Source: an uncultured Nitrososphaerales archaeon
GTDB taxonomy: Archaea > Thermoproteota > Nitrososphaeria > Nitrososphaerales > Gagatemarchaeaceae
Reading direction: 5' to 3'
Assembly (NCBI GenBank): GCA_963706445.1
Contig: OY970160.1
Location: 800,001 to 864,000, forward strand
DNA: 64,000 nt
The position numbers were made by a program, and so were the translations under genes. The number at the start of each line of letters is the position of its first letter. Position 1 is the stretch's first letter. Positions 20,455 to 29,875 of the stretch are shown piece by piece. Below the pieces are notes generated by a model. It was given only the letters and a program-made list of their open reading frames with translations. It made no database searches and was not told where the DNA came from.

Positions 20455-20985
20455 CTAGTTCGTCGGTTGAAGTGTTCTGTCGCGCGCAACGCTCCTTGGG
20501 AATTTCGTCTTCCTGAGATAAAGCAGCAGCGAGTGGTAATCCCGCTTGGTCCTCTTGGTTATCATCGATACCGAGAGTTCCGCAGCAAGGGGATCGAGGT
20601 CCTTGAGGACCGAGTCCCGCATTGTCGCCATATCTCTGTCTATCACCCTCATCGAAAACTGGTTGGCCCCCAGAGTCTCGGACGCTTCGACTATCCTGGG
20701 GTCCGTGCGAATCAGTTCGTCCAGCTTCGTGGCGTTGTTGCCCCTGGTGGTGGTCCACCCGACGAGGGCCTGAGCTTGCAGGCCGAGCTTTGACCAATCG
20801 ATCTCAACCGCTTGTCTGAGTACGCCGGAACTTTTCAGGGCCCTGAATCGTTTAGCCACGGTCCTCTGGTCTACGTTAAGCAGCTGAGCCGCCCGCTTGA
20901 AGTTGATCTCTGGTTCTTGAACCGCCACCTCGAGGAGCTTCAGGTCCAGTTCGTCCGGTTCGAATGCAGTTTCAGACCTTGCCAA
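20455..20985 (-). CDS. Lrp/AsnC family transcriptional regulator
   Basis: DELDLKLL, DQRTVAKRFRALKSSGV, EIDWSKLG; paralogue of 38202-38714; start trimmed to TTG 20985. Confidence 0.85.
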   Translation of the reverse strand: MARSETAFEPDELDLKLLEVAVQEPEINFKRAAQLLNVDQRTVAKRFRALKSSGVLRQAVEIDWSKLGLQAQALVGWTTTRGNNATKLDELIRTDPRIVEASETLGANQFSMRVIDRDMATMRDSVLKDLDPLAAELSVSMITKRTKRDYHSLLLYLRKTKFPRSVARDRTLQPTN

Positions 20986-21263
20986 GGCATTCGACAGCTT
21001 GAAAGTGCGAGTCTTAAGTTGTTTGATGACATGATTCCACGCCGTGGAAAGGCCTTTGTGAAGATCTTCGAAGCAATACGAAGCAGTCAACAGCTGAGCT
21101 ACAATGTAATCTACCCGTCTTCGGCCGAAATCCTTCTGAGCGGGGCCGCATGGGCGAATGCCCCAAGTACAGAACGAACTGCTATCCAATGTGAGCGCAC
21201 TTCGGTCTGCAAACTGAGAAACGTCAAACGGGCTGTCTCTTGCGAAATTAACCAATTCCCCTC

Positions 21264-21277
21264 TTAGTCTAGACTAA
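21264..21277. promoter_or_regulatory. perfect palindrome TTAGTCTAGACTAA, candidate operator
   Basis: 14-bp perfect inverted repeat in the divergent intergenic region, upstream of TTATTAAA (21314). Confidence 0.5.
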
Positions 21278-21340
21278 ACTACGTTGATGTTTCACACTTA
21301 CTTCCATTCGGAATTATTAAATTCCGGGTGTTCCTCTGCG

Positions 21341-23317
21341 TTGCGCCTCCGAGACTTGAACAAGAGGGTACTCGTCCTAACGCTCGCATCGCTTTGTCTC
21401 TTGCTGATGAGCAGCGCACCTTCGCAGACCGTTGCAAGCAGTTCCACCGCAAACTCTGGTCAGGCTCAGACTAGCTTCCAATCCTTCACCCAGATCTCTA
21501 CCGGCCAGGCTTCAGCGAACGGCGAACTGAAGAGGGTCGGGACAACCTATGTTCCGTTGGATTCAGCATCCCTTTCGTATGTGGCAGCCAACTCCAACGG
21601 CACGGACACAAGGGTTCCTCCAGATCGCATCAAGCAGCCAAACCTCGGCGGTGCACAGCTAGTGCCTGCTGTCCCGGTTGTCTCGAGCGACGTCATCCTG
21701 AACTCTCCAGGTGGCGCGTCGGCTGCGAAAGGTGTGAATGCGTTGGACAATTACCAGATCAACGGCGTCGACTATGAGCCTCCGGACCAGGGTCTCTGCG
21801 CCGGCAACGGATATGTCATCGACGTTGTCAACACCGTCATGCGGGTTTACACCACCTCATTCGCCAGTTATTCTTCAGATCTTTCACCGAACACCATAGA
21901 TGGGCTAGCCCTCAGCGCGTTCACGAGCGATCCAAGATGCCTGTACGACCAAGCGACCGGCCACTGGTTTGTAACCCAGCTCCTGATCAATTTCACGCCG
22001 CCGGGCCAGGGTTTCGAATACATCGCTGTGAGCACCACAAATGTGCCTTGGGGATCTTGGAACGTCTACGCCCTCAACGTGACTGACTCCTTCCCGAGCT
22101 CGAAGCCCTACCCTGGCCAGACCAACGACCCAGGCTGTCCTTGCTTCGGTGACCAACCTCTGCTGGGAGCGAGCAGGGACGCTCTGGCAGTGTCCACCAA
22201 TGAGTTCTCGATATTCGGGCCAGCATTCAACGGGGCCCAGATGTACCTCATTGACAAGGAGGGTCTCGCCCTGGGATACAACTACGTGTCCTATGTTCAT
22301 TTGAACACCTATGGGGTGCCAACCCCGTCGGGAACGTGCGCTTCGTCTGGTGGTATCTACTGCTGGTCCTCGGTGAACCCCGCGGGCTCCCCAACGCCAA
22401 ATCAGTTCGACAACTCCAACTCTGGAACTGAGTACGCCCTGAGCGTCCTGGACTTCGCCGGAACGGGTGATAATCGCATCGCGACCTGGGCCTTTACGAA
22501 CCTAAAGTCGCTGCATAGCTTCTCCCCTGACGTGTCGTTCTCAGTCTCTGTGGTGGGAGGGCTCGAACAATATCTCAACCCATTGAGTTCCTCTGGAAAC
22601 GGGTTCTTGGCTCCCATGAAGGCCGGACCGATCCCTCTGGGAGCGACCGTCTTCAGCAACCACCCCCACGCCCCGACCTACGGCTGCAAGGGGGAATGCC
22701 CCGAGGGATTGATTCAGAGCAACGGGGACAGCATGTACGACAACGTAGTCTACGCCCAGGGAGCGCTCTGGGGCGCTATCGACACCATAGTCAAGGAGAC
22801 AGGTTCACCCACGGTCTATGCGGGGGCAGCCTATTGGGTCGTGAATGCCTTTGACAGCTCCTACTCAGTGGCGAGCCAAGGATACGTCGCCGCGGAAGGT
22901 GAGAGCATCGTCTTCCCTTCGATCGGGGTCGGGCCTACGGGTGACGGAATCATCGCCTTCTCTCTCACAGGCAACAACTATTATCCTAGCACCGCCTATG
23001 GTTGGATAACCAAATCCTCTGGAGGGCTGGTCGGAAACCAGATGTACGTTGCCGACGCCGGGATGTCTCCCTACGACGCGACAACGGTGTACCAGTGCGT
23101 CTCAGGCACCTGTCCGTCGGGGTCCGGATTCGCATATTGGCCACGGTTCGGAGATTACTCCTGGGCTGTCTGGTCGGACGGCAAGGTATTCTTCTCATCC
23201 GAATACATCCAGTTCAAGAACTGTGGCATACCACAGTACAAGATAGACCCCTCATGCGGAGACACAAGGGGGCCAGATGCAAATTGGGGCACCTCTCTGA
23301 ACTCCATCACGACCTGA
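21341..23317 (+). CDS. secreted Cys-containing protein of unknown function
   Basis: signal peptide; motifs EPPDQGLCAG, SDPRCLYD, GDQPLLG, RFGDYS; start trimmed. Confidence 0.8.
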   Translation: MRLRDLNKRVLVLTLASLCLLLMSSAPSQTVASSSTANSGQAQTSFQSFTQISTGQASANGELKRVGTTYVPLDSASLSYVAANSNGTDTRVPPDRIKQPNLGGAQLVPAVPVVSSDVILNSPGGASAAKGVNALDNYQINGVDYEPPDQGLCAGNGYVIDVVNTVMRVYTTSFASYSSDLSPNTIDGLALSAFTSDPRCLYDQATGHWFVTQLLINFTPPGQGFEYIAVSTTNVPWGSWNVYALNVTDSFPSSKPYPGQTNDPGCPCFGDQPLLGASRDALAVSTNEFSIFGPAFNGAQMYLIDKEGLALGYNYVSYVHLNTYGVPTPSGTCASSGGIYCWSSVNPAGSPTPNQFDNSNSGTEYALSVLDFAGTGDNRIATWAFTNLKSLHSFSPDVSFSVSVVGGLEQYLNPLSSSGNGFLAPMKAGPIPLGATVFSNHPHAPTYGCKGECPEGLIQSNGDSMYDNVVYAQGALWGAIDTIVKETGSPTVYAGAAYWVVNAFDSSYSVASQGYVAAEGESIVFPSIGVGPTGDGIIAFSLTGNNYYPSTAYGWITKSSGGLVGNQMYVADAGMSPYDATTVYQCVSGTCPSGSGFAYWPRFGDYSWAVWSDGKVFFSSEYIQFKNCGIPQYKIDPSCGDTRGPDANWGTSLNSITT

Positions 23318-23347
23318 ATCTAGCTTTCATCCTTCCAGATTGATTGC

Positions 23348-23866
23348 CTAGATGCTCTGAATCATCCATTTCAGCTGCGAGCTCACGTCTTTCACGGTTA
23401 GCGTAGCCTTGCAGTATTGGCATGTCGTGAAGCTGCCCGTGGGTATTGGCAGGGCCGCCCCGCATGTCGGGCATTTCAGCTCGACCAGCTCGAGATTGCC
23501 TTTGTATTCTGGAGGAGCAGTCCCGGTTCGGCGGGCGCTGTCCTCGGCGATGATCTGGTCGGAGAGTTCAGAGACCTTCCCGTCGACCTCTGTTTGGAGC
23601 ACGCTGATTTCTCCGGCCTGGGCCAGCCTCTCCTTCTTCTCAGAACCCTTCCCGACCTTCGAAGCGAAGCTCAGGATGGCACTCCGCTCAATCCGGCTAT
23701 TTTCCCCTCGAAGGATTTCGGTGATTACGAACAAATGCCTCTGGATTGTCGCAAGATTGGTGATCGCCTGCCTAGTGGCCGGTGTCAGGAATTCTTCGTG
23801 AACAGGGTACCCGGTCTTTGCGGCTATCTTCCTCAGGATTTCCTGCCTAGAGGTCTGGCTGAGCAT
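23348..23866 (-). CDS. protein with C-terminal zinc ribbon
   Basis: LKCPTCGAAL..TCQYC. Confidence 0.7.
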   Translation of the reverse strand: MLSQTSRQEILRKIAAKTGYPVHEEFLTPATRQAITNLATIQRHLFVITEILRGENSRIERSAILSFASKVGKGSEKKERLAQAGEISVLQTEVDGKVSELSDQIIAEDSARRTGTAPPEYKGNLELVELKCPTCGAALPIPTGSFTTCQYCKATLTVKDVSSQLKWMIQSI

Positions 23867-23872
23867 TTGGAT

Positions 23873-24199
23873 CTACATGAAACGCATCATTTGCTGATAA
23901 AGGGCTTTGATTTCAGGGGCAGAACCGGAGAGGTCCATCCGCGTCTTCCCTTCGATACGTATGATCCCCCGCCTCGTGACCAATCCCTCTTCACTGTACT
24001 TGACCCCTTGGAGTTCGGTGAGCTTCTGGGTGACGACCTCGTCATTCTTGACCAACACACCCCTCCTGGCGTACAGGACGATCCTTCTGTCCGTCAGTAT
24101 TACGTGGTAGGAGCTATCCCCGAAACGCACGAAACCCTTGCTCTGGAACTTGACCTCCTCCCCCGGAACGAGGTAGTCCTCGAGTGGCACAAGGGCCAC
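23873..24199 (-). CDS. bacterial-type PH domain protein
   Basis: LVPGEEV, ILTDRRIVLY, GLVTRRGIIRI; 6 bp from the downstream gene. Confidence 0.75.
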   Translation of the reverse strand: MALVPLEDYLVPGEEVKFQSKGFVRFGDSSYHVILTDRRIVLYARRGVLVKNDEVVTQKLTELQGVKYSEEGLVTRRGIIRIEGKTRMDLSGSAPEIKALYQQMMRFM

Positions 24200-24301
24200 T
24201 TGCGGACTCCGCTTAAAAATCTGAGGGCCACCCGAGAACAAACTTCCGGTCTTTCAAGAGACAACGGTTAAGACGTGGTGCGCTACCGTCTAAGCCCTGA
24301 A

Positions 24302-24448
24302 ATGGAGAGCCTTCACATCGTCCTGCTCTGGCTTTTTGGAATTGTCATGATAGGTATTGGATGGTACGTTCCTGGTGCCGGCGGCATAGCATGGCTGGGC
24401 GCCGCAACATTGGTCTTCGGAGCCATAGTTGCGCTGCGCCATCACTAA
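24302..24448 (+). CDS. 48-aa 2-TM membrane protein (not in the ORF track)
   Basis: MESLHIVLLWLFGIVMIGIGWYVPGAGGIAWLGAATLVFGAIVALRHH*. Confidence 0.6.
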   Translation: MESLHIVLLWLFGIVMIGIGWYVPGAGGIAWLGAATLVFGAIVALRHH

Positions 24449-24498
24449 TCGCGGGTCCCATGTGAACTACGCCACAATTGATTCGTCGAACCGGCTTT

Positions 24499-24828
24499 CT
24501 ATATTATTCTCAGGAGACGGAGAAAAGCTGTCGCAGTGACTGTCCATGAAACCAACAGGGCTGTAACCAAGACGAGCCTCTCACGTACAATGTTCTCCTT
24601 GATTTCAGCTATTTGGATGCTCCAGGGAACGATGACAGCCTCAAAGGAATCGTTGAGCAGCTCCACCGGGACTGGGCCCGTTTTGCCCATGGGGGTACTT
24701 TCTTGTCCCAGTATCAACTCCTGAACGATTGGTCCTCCTTTCCTCGTCGTGGAATCTACATTGTTCAGGTCGGACTCCTGAAGTTGAGCAATCGGCTGTC
24801 CGACGAGTTCTAGGGTGCTCCTAGCCAT
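24499..24828 (-). CDS. hypothetical protein with C-terminal TM
   Basis: ATG 24828 follows the upstream small gene; hydrophobic C-terminus. Confidence 0.5.
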   Translation of the reverse strand: MARSTLELVGQPIAQLQESDLNNVDSTTRKGGPIVQELILGQESTPMGKTGPVPVELLNDSFEAVIVPWSIQIAEIKENIVRERLVLVTALLVSWTVTATAFLRLLRII

Positions 24829-24842
24829 TTCTTCCCGTTGTT

Positions 24843-25061
24843 TCAAAGGTCGCTCACCCAATAGATGCGCTGCTCGACGGGGTCCAAGATAGGATCTTTC
24901 CGCCAGAGCTCGCCAGCATATTTGGCGCACCGGCAACCGCTCACACCGCAATCGGCTAGCAGGCGTAGCGGGCCTGCCCTTTCGCCTTTCTGATTAACCC
25001 TGTGAAGCTCCTTGGGGTGCTTGCATCCTTGGCAGGTACTGAGGCTTTCTGTTCGTTGCAT
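24843..25061 (-). CDS. small Cys/His zinc-binding protein
   Basis: CQGCKHPKELH..CGVSGCRC. Confidence 0.6.
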   Translation of the reverse strand: MQRTESLSTCQGCKHPKELHRVNQKGERAGPLRLLADCGVSGCRCAKYAGELWRKDPILDPVEQRIYWVSDL

Positions 25062-25240
25062 ATTTTATCTTGGTCAATGTATAATTAACGCATTACGGAT
25101 TCTGGATTCAGTTCCGTCTTCTGTCAAGGCAACCGGCGGGGCCAGCAGGATTTATAGGAAACTTGTCAACTGACGCTGGTAAGATGGTGCAGGAGTTTTG
25201 CCCCTTCACGCCATATCATCGCTGGTCCTCACGCAGTGCA

Positions 25241-25384
25241 ATGACTAGCGCCTTCTGCGTGAAGGAAAGGAGGAACAGGGAGATGACTGCAACCAGAACG
25301 GTCACCTTCAAGAACGGCCGCAAGGCAATCCAGGGCAAGTGTTCCCAATGCGGGACCACTCTGTTCAGGATCACAGGCAACTAG
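25241..25384 (+). CDS. DUF5679-like small zinc-ribbon protein
   Basis: AFCVKE..EM..TFKNGRKAIQGKCSQCGTTLFRI. Confidence 0.75.
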   Translation: MTSAFCVKERRNREMTATRTVTFKNGRKAIQGKCSQCGTTLFRITGN

Positions 25385-25513
25385 ACTCCAGTCCTCTACC
25401 TCGACGGTGCCCGAACGCCGAGTGTGACCTCCGGACCCAAGATGCATTGTGGATTCAGGTCTATGCTCTACAACGTTTACCTATGAGTTCCGCAAAACCT
25501 GGGAGGACAAAAA

Positions 25514-25708
25514 GTGAAGACTGAAACCGTCAGACAGGTCAACTATGGGCATGCGTGCCAGAACTGCAAGCTCTACTTCGTCACCGCCGACCCTCTTTGC
25601 TTCACCTGCCCCTGGTGTAAGAAAGCCGAGAGCGGGGCGGGATCATTGGACCTCTACGCTTCGATACAAGATCCTAATTCGGAAATTCAGATGGTTGGAA
25701 TGAGGTAA
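25514..25708 (+). CDS. small C4 zinc-finger protein
   Basis: CQNC..CPWC; GGAGG upstream. Confidence 0.5.
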   Translation: MKTETVRQVNYGHACQNCKLYFVTADPLCFTCPWCKKAESGAGSLDLYASIQDPNSEIQMVGMR

Positions 25709-25797
25709 GAGGGGTCGTCCATATGGAAGAAACAACCTCGCAATTGCAGCCAAAACGGAAACAACGCTTTAATCGATTTTGGGGTGCCGGCTAGGAT

Positions 25798-26733
25798 ATG
25801 CCAGAAGCGTCGCGCTGTTGGGTCTGCCACAGATCCCTTGACGAGATTGTGGCATCAGTCGACAGCGAAACGAAGGAGGAGGGCGAGATCAAGAGGCGGA
25901 TCAACCAGGTAGCCTACACGAAGTCGAAGTTCGCAGAGTCTTCGGAGCTTTGGAGGAAGACTACGCCGCGGGACTTCAAGGACATGGACTTCCAGTTTAT
26001 TGCGTCAAACTCAGACCAGTTCGGGTCAATCAAAGTGATCGCCGAGATCCTCGATGCGAAGAAGATCATGATTGACTGGCTCGCCGATGCCTCATCGAGG
26101 CTCAGGAAAGGGGGCGACGCCTATCAGGGGCTGAATGAACTTTCATCCCTGGACCGGTCGGAAGCCGATTCCCTGATGCGGAGCATAGACCAATTCGAGG
26201 CCAAGTGGCACAGGACGGTTGGAAACGACGGGCCGAGGAATGGAAACGCAGTCGGTTTCGACGGTCTCAAGCTCTTCGAAGGACTCGAGTATCTGATATC
26301 CGAAGGGCTCCTTTACTACGACATTAGGGGACAATTGCTATCATATGCGATGACCAAGGCGGGGGAAAGAAAGCCCAAGAACAAACTAAGAATGGTCGAT
26401 GCGAACGGTTACCCCCCCGTTCCTCTCTGCAGCGTGTGCGAGACCCTGATCACAGGGCTCCGCGCGCCAGATCGGGCATTTGGACGCCCTATGGTTTCGT
26501 CTGAGGTCATGGCAAATGCCAAGTCAGCGGAATCTGCTCCACGGTCCGAGGCCGTTCCTGCCCCCGCCATGGTCGCCGCAGAGACACCGCCGGGAGTTTC
26601 ACCAAAGGTCGCAGAAATAATTAACAAACTCGGTCCAGCCACTTCCGAGGCCCCAAAGACCAGGAACCTACATGAGCATAGAGCCACCGAGGACTGGGAC
26701 GAATTGGTGGAGCGACAGTCAAAGGGGAAGTAG
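25798..26733 (+). CDS. unknown protein, split CxxC...CxxC around a helical core (paralogue A)
   Basis: RCWVCHRS at the N-terminus and PLCSVC ~200 aa later. Confidence 0.75.
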   Translation: MPEASRCWVCHRSLDEIVASVDSETKEEGEIKRRINQVAYTKSKFAESSELWRKTTPRDFKDMDFQFIASNSDQFGSIKVIAEILDAKKIMIDWLADASSRLRKGGDAYQGLNELSSLDRSEADSLMRSIDQFEAKWHRTVGNDGPRNGNAVGFDGLKLFEGLEYLISEGLLYYDIRGQLLSYAMTKAGERKPKNKLRMVDANGYPPVPLCSVCETLITGLRAPDRAFGRPMVSSEVMANAKSAESAPRSEAVPAPAMVAAETPPGVSPKVAEIINKLGPATSEAPKTRNLHEHRATEDWDELVERQSKGK

Positions 26734-26742
26734 AGTCCGCAC

Positions 26743-27426
26743 ATGGCACCATTCAGGGCAAGCAGGTGCTGGATTTGTGGGCGTGCGCCGGAAGAGGTGA
26801 GTTCATCCCTTGGACGCCCAGCCCCACACGAAACAGAGCTTGACAGGAAATTCAGCAGGATGTCGGACCTGGCATCGAAGTTCAATCGGGCCTCTGGAGA
26901 ATGGGGGAATCTTGTTCCCGAGCAGTTCAAGTCGCTGGACTTCGATTTCGTGCTAGCAAACCAACCCCAGTTCAAATCCATGAGGTTCATTGTCGAAATA
27001 GAGGACGCAAGGAAGTCCCTCATCATGCCGCTGCAGCTGGCCGTGGGGAGCGCAAGAAGCGGCTCGGAGGTGTCCATCGGAGGGGCGAAGATTCCATCTA
27101 CCGAGGGATTCAGGAGGGAGCTATTGATCAGGGAGGCAGACGCCTTCGAACAAAGGGTGGGGCGCCATATCAATGGGTCCGGCGGGAAGGATCCGCTGTC
27201 CCACGGCTTCAACGGCTTGAAGCTGGGCCAGGGGATTGGGTTCATGAGGGAAATGGGCATGTTTTACTTCGAGGTCCAAGAGAAGCTGCTGGCGGCGGAG
27301 AAGGACGAAGAGATGTCCAGGAAGCCCACCTTCGCCGTGACGGTCGCCCGGGCAAAGGGCCTCCCCGGGGACATTCCGGTCTGCACGGTTTGCCAGAACC
27401 TCGTCACGAGCCTCATCCCCGCATAG
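26743..27426 (+). CDS. unknown protein, split CxxC...CxxC (paralogue B)
   Basis: RCWICGR..PVCTVC; aligns with 25798-26733. Confidence 0.75.
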   Translation: MAPFRASRCWICGRAPEEVSSSLGRPAPHETELDRKFSRMSDLASKFNRASGEWGNLVPEQFKSLDFDFVLANQPQFKSMRFIVEIEDARKSLIMPLQLAVGSARSGSEVSIGGAKIPSTEGFRRELLIREADAFEQRVGRHINGSGGKDPLSHGFNGLKLGQGIGFMREMGMFYFEVQEKLLAAEKDEEMSRKPTFAVTVARAKGLPGDIPVCTVCQNLVTSLIPA

Positions 27427-27507
27427 GGGAAAATCAAGACAAAGAAGGGTCGAAGTATTGATTATCGGCCAAAATCCTCTATTATCCTCCCTTGGGACTA
27501 CGACCAT

Positions 27508-27882
27508 ATGACTGCCGCGTCAGATAGGAAGTCGAAGTCTCAGGACTACGAGTATTCTTGGTTCCTTCCGGCCAACGGAGGCAAGGAGCCGACTAGAGCC
27601 GAACAGCAGAGTCAAGATGTCGAAGTCCTATCAGAACCTGGGAGGTCGCAAGGAACGGCACCGCCTGGACAGGCGAGCACCGCTGCCAGATCCTGGAAGG
27701 TCAATCCTGCAAGAGTGAAAGCGGCAGGCATCATCGGTTGGAGCGCCGTGGTTGCCACAGGTGCCGCATTCTTGGTCATAAGAACAGGCACTTTCCCAAT
27801 CATGCAAGGCGCAGCCCTTGGTGGAGTCTGGATGACGGTCACCGCCGCCATATGGTTCGTCCCCAGATACCTTTCGCCCTAG
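27508..27882 (+). CDS. membrane protein with two C-terminal TMs
   Basis: disordered N-terminus followed by two hydrophobic helices. Confidence 0.6.
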   Translation: MTAASDRKSKSQDYEYSWFLPANGGKEPTRAEQQSQDVEVLSEPGRSQGTAPPGQASTAARSWKVNPARVKAAGIIGWSAVVATGAAFLVIRTGTFPIMQGAALGGVWMTVTAAIWFVPRYLSP

Positions 27883-27975
27883 GCCCTCCCTCACCTCTCA
27901 CATAGCGCAATTGGCGTACCCTCACCAAAAGGGATTTACGTCATGCCTGTCGTCTCCTGGTCGGGGTAATTCTCG

Positions 27976-28254
27976 ATGTTGAGCTCAGAGATTCAAGGAA
28001 AGGAAGTCATCGGTTCCATGGGCGACAAGCTGGGCGTGGTCCACGACGTCCAGTTCGACGAAAAAGGATGGAGTGTCATTGCGATCGGCGTGGAGCTCGA
28101 AAAAGAAGTCGCGGAAGAACACAACATGGGGCGCCGGTTCAGGAAGACCGAGGTTCTCATCAACGTAAAGTACATTCAGGCAGTAGGAGACAAGGTAGTC
28201 CTGACTGGTTCGAAGAAGGACCTCCTCCAGCTAATTGGTTCTTCTTCAGGCTGA
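27976..28254 (+). CDS. PRC-barrel domain protein
   Basis: SEIQGKEVIGSMGDKLGVVHDVQFD..IQAVGDKVVL. Confidence 0.85.
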   Translation: MLSSEIQGKEVIGSMGDKLGVVHDVQFDEKGWSVIAIGVELEKEVAEEHNMGRRFRKTEVLINVKYIQAVGDKVVLTGSKKDLLQLIGSSSG

Positions 28255-28281
28255 CAGCCAGATCCAATACTTGGACTTCGA

Positions 28282-28743
28282 CTATTTCCCTAACTTCCCT
28301 TCTACCTTCTCCTTCCATTTCCTGAGCAAGGCCTCCTTCTTGACGTCGTATTGCCTCCTTGTAAGAGTCCCCTTCTTGTACTCCCCCTTCATCTTGGTAA
28401 GCTCCCGTTCGTAGTCTTCCTCTTCCCGCTCGTCGGCCTCCTCTGACTTCGCCGATTCGATGCGGGCTTCATCTGCTTCCGGAGTTGCAGCAGAAACCTG
28501 TTGTGCGGGTTCGGTGAAAAACTCCACGTTAAAGTTGATCTGACGCTGGACAAGGAGCGTTGTGAACTCCGTTAGGTCGGGTATGTCGTAGTCGTATGCT
28601 TCATTCGGCTGACGGATCTTGACTGAAGTGACGTCCCCATCCGTGTGGTCCAGCCCAATCCAGAATGCAGCAGTGATGTATCCCTCGAACTTCTTCGTCT
28701 CTTCTGGAGTCCCTCCAGAATACACTGTTATGATAGGTTTCAC
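28282..28743 (-). CDS. hypothetical protein with C-terminal SHOCT-like motif
   Basis: ELTKMKGEYKKGTLTRRQYDVKKEALL. Confidence 0.65.
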   Translation of the reverse strand: MKPIITVYSGGTPEETKKFEGYITAAFWIGLDHTDGDVTSVKIRQPNEAYDYDIPDLTEFTTLLVQRQINFNVEFFTEPAQQVSAATPEADEARIESAKSEEADEREEEDYERELTKMKGEYKKGTLTRRQYDVKKEALLRKWKEKVEGKLGK

Positions 28744-28864
28744 GCTTGGAAATTCCCCTGTTCGAGCGATGACGGGCGGCGACTATAAGCATTGTAGAGC
28801 ATCTCGCGCCCTAAGACCAGACCTACTGCCGAAGATGCCCTGATTACCGGCGGAATGAAGAAGA

Positions 28865-29041
28865 CTAGATGGGATTGTCGTCCGCCACTGCTCGCTGCTC
28901 CAAAGTCAGCCCGGCTACGAAAGCCAACACGGAAAGGACGACCGGTATTGAAGCGCCTCCGAATAACGCCATCGGAAAGATAAACACCCCGGCTGCAACC
29001 CCCGCCCAAAGACCCAGCTTCTTCACCTTAGCTTCCATCAT
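28865..29041 (-). CDS. small 2-TM membrane protein
   Basis: MMEAKVKKLGLWAGVAAGVFIF.. Confidence 0.55.
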   Translation of the reverse strand: MMEAKVKKLGLWAGVAAGVFIFPMALFGGASIPVVLSVLAFVAGLTLEQRAVADDNPI

Positions 29042-29316
29042 CTGCGGCTTCTTAGAACCGTGGATGGGCCATAACGATTTTATCCGATATTTTAGACAAA
29101 TCCGTGAGGCGTTTGTCAAAACGGCAGCCCATCCTCCCCCTCGTCCCGACTTCACTTCATTGACGTGTCTGTCCTAAAATCCCAAGAAAACTTATGTCCC
29201 TTCTCGGGACGCCTTCACACGAATTGTGCATCCTGGATACCAAAGTAACTCCTCTCCATCGGCTTTGCTCTTTCTTACACAAAATCGGTGCTGAAAATAT
29301 GGAAGGTCAATGACCC

Positions 29317-29862
29317 ATGAGCACAGTCCTTGTCAGCCTGCTATGCCACCCAGACCGCGACCCGAAGATCAGCGTGTCGCCCGGTCCAGGTTACGTTGTC
29401 GAAATAAACAGGACCCCAGGGTATGCGAACGCGGTCAGGGAGGCCATCAGTCGCGCCCTCGAGCTCGACGCCGATCTCGTGATCTCAGATACCGATGGCT
29501 ATCACCCGGCGGCCGAGATTGAGCGGCTCGCAGAGCTTCCCGTCGACGCCGACATCGTGAAGCCCTACAGGAACAACATAGGCTTCCAGTCAAACGTATA
29601 CACCTACCTTTGGAGCGGGACCCACATGAAATCAGTCAAAGACGTGACTGGAGGACTTTACAGGATGTCCAACAAATTCCTGAGGTCATTGCCGACCCTA
29701 AGATCAAACGACATGACAATACATATCGAGATATTGAACATCGCGTCCCGCACCGGGGCGACGATCAGACAGTATTCATACGAATCGTCCAGCAATGACA
29801 ACGCTAATTCGAAGCGGACGCGACACTACCAACTGAAGCTGCTCGGGGCACTGACGAGATAG
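29317..29862 (+). CDS. GT2-like glycosyltransferase (short, divergent N-terminus)
   Basis: GYANAVREAI, ISDTDGYH (DxD), DVTGGLYRM, IEIL. Confidence 0.7.
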   Translation: MSTVLVSLLCHPDRDPKISVSPGPGYVVEINRTPGYANAVREAISRALELDADLVISDTDGYHPAAEIERLAELPVDADIVKPYRNNIGFQSNVYTYLWSGTHMKSVKDVTGGLYRMSNKFLRSLPTLRSNDMTIHIEILNIASRTGATIRQYSYESSSNDNANSKRTRHYQLKLLGALTR

Positions 29863-29875
29863 CTGCCTATTCGTC

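Noticed and set aside
23417-24271. Long alternative ORFs such as 23417-24271 (+), 26409-27260 (-) and 46513-47241 (-)
   Set aside because: They are antisense shadows of better-supported genes in GC-rich DNA.
23348-29041. Provirus or integrated plasmid
   Set aside because: There are many small ORFs but no integrase, att repeat, capsid, packaging ATPase or replication gene.
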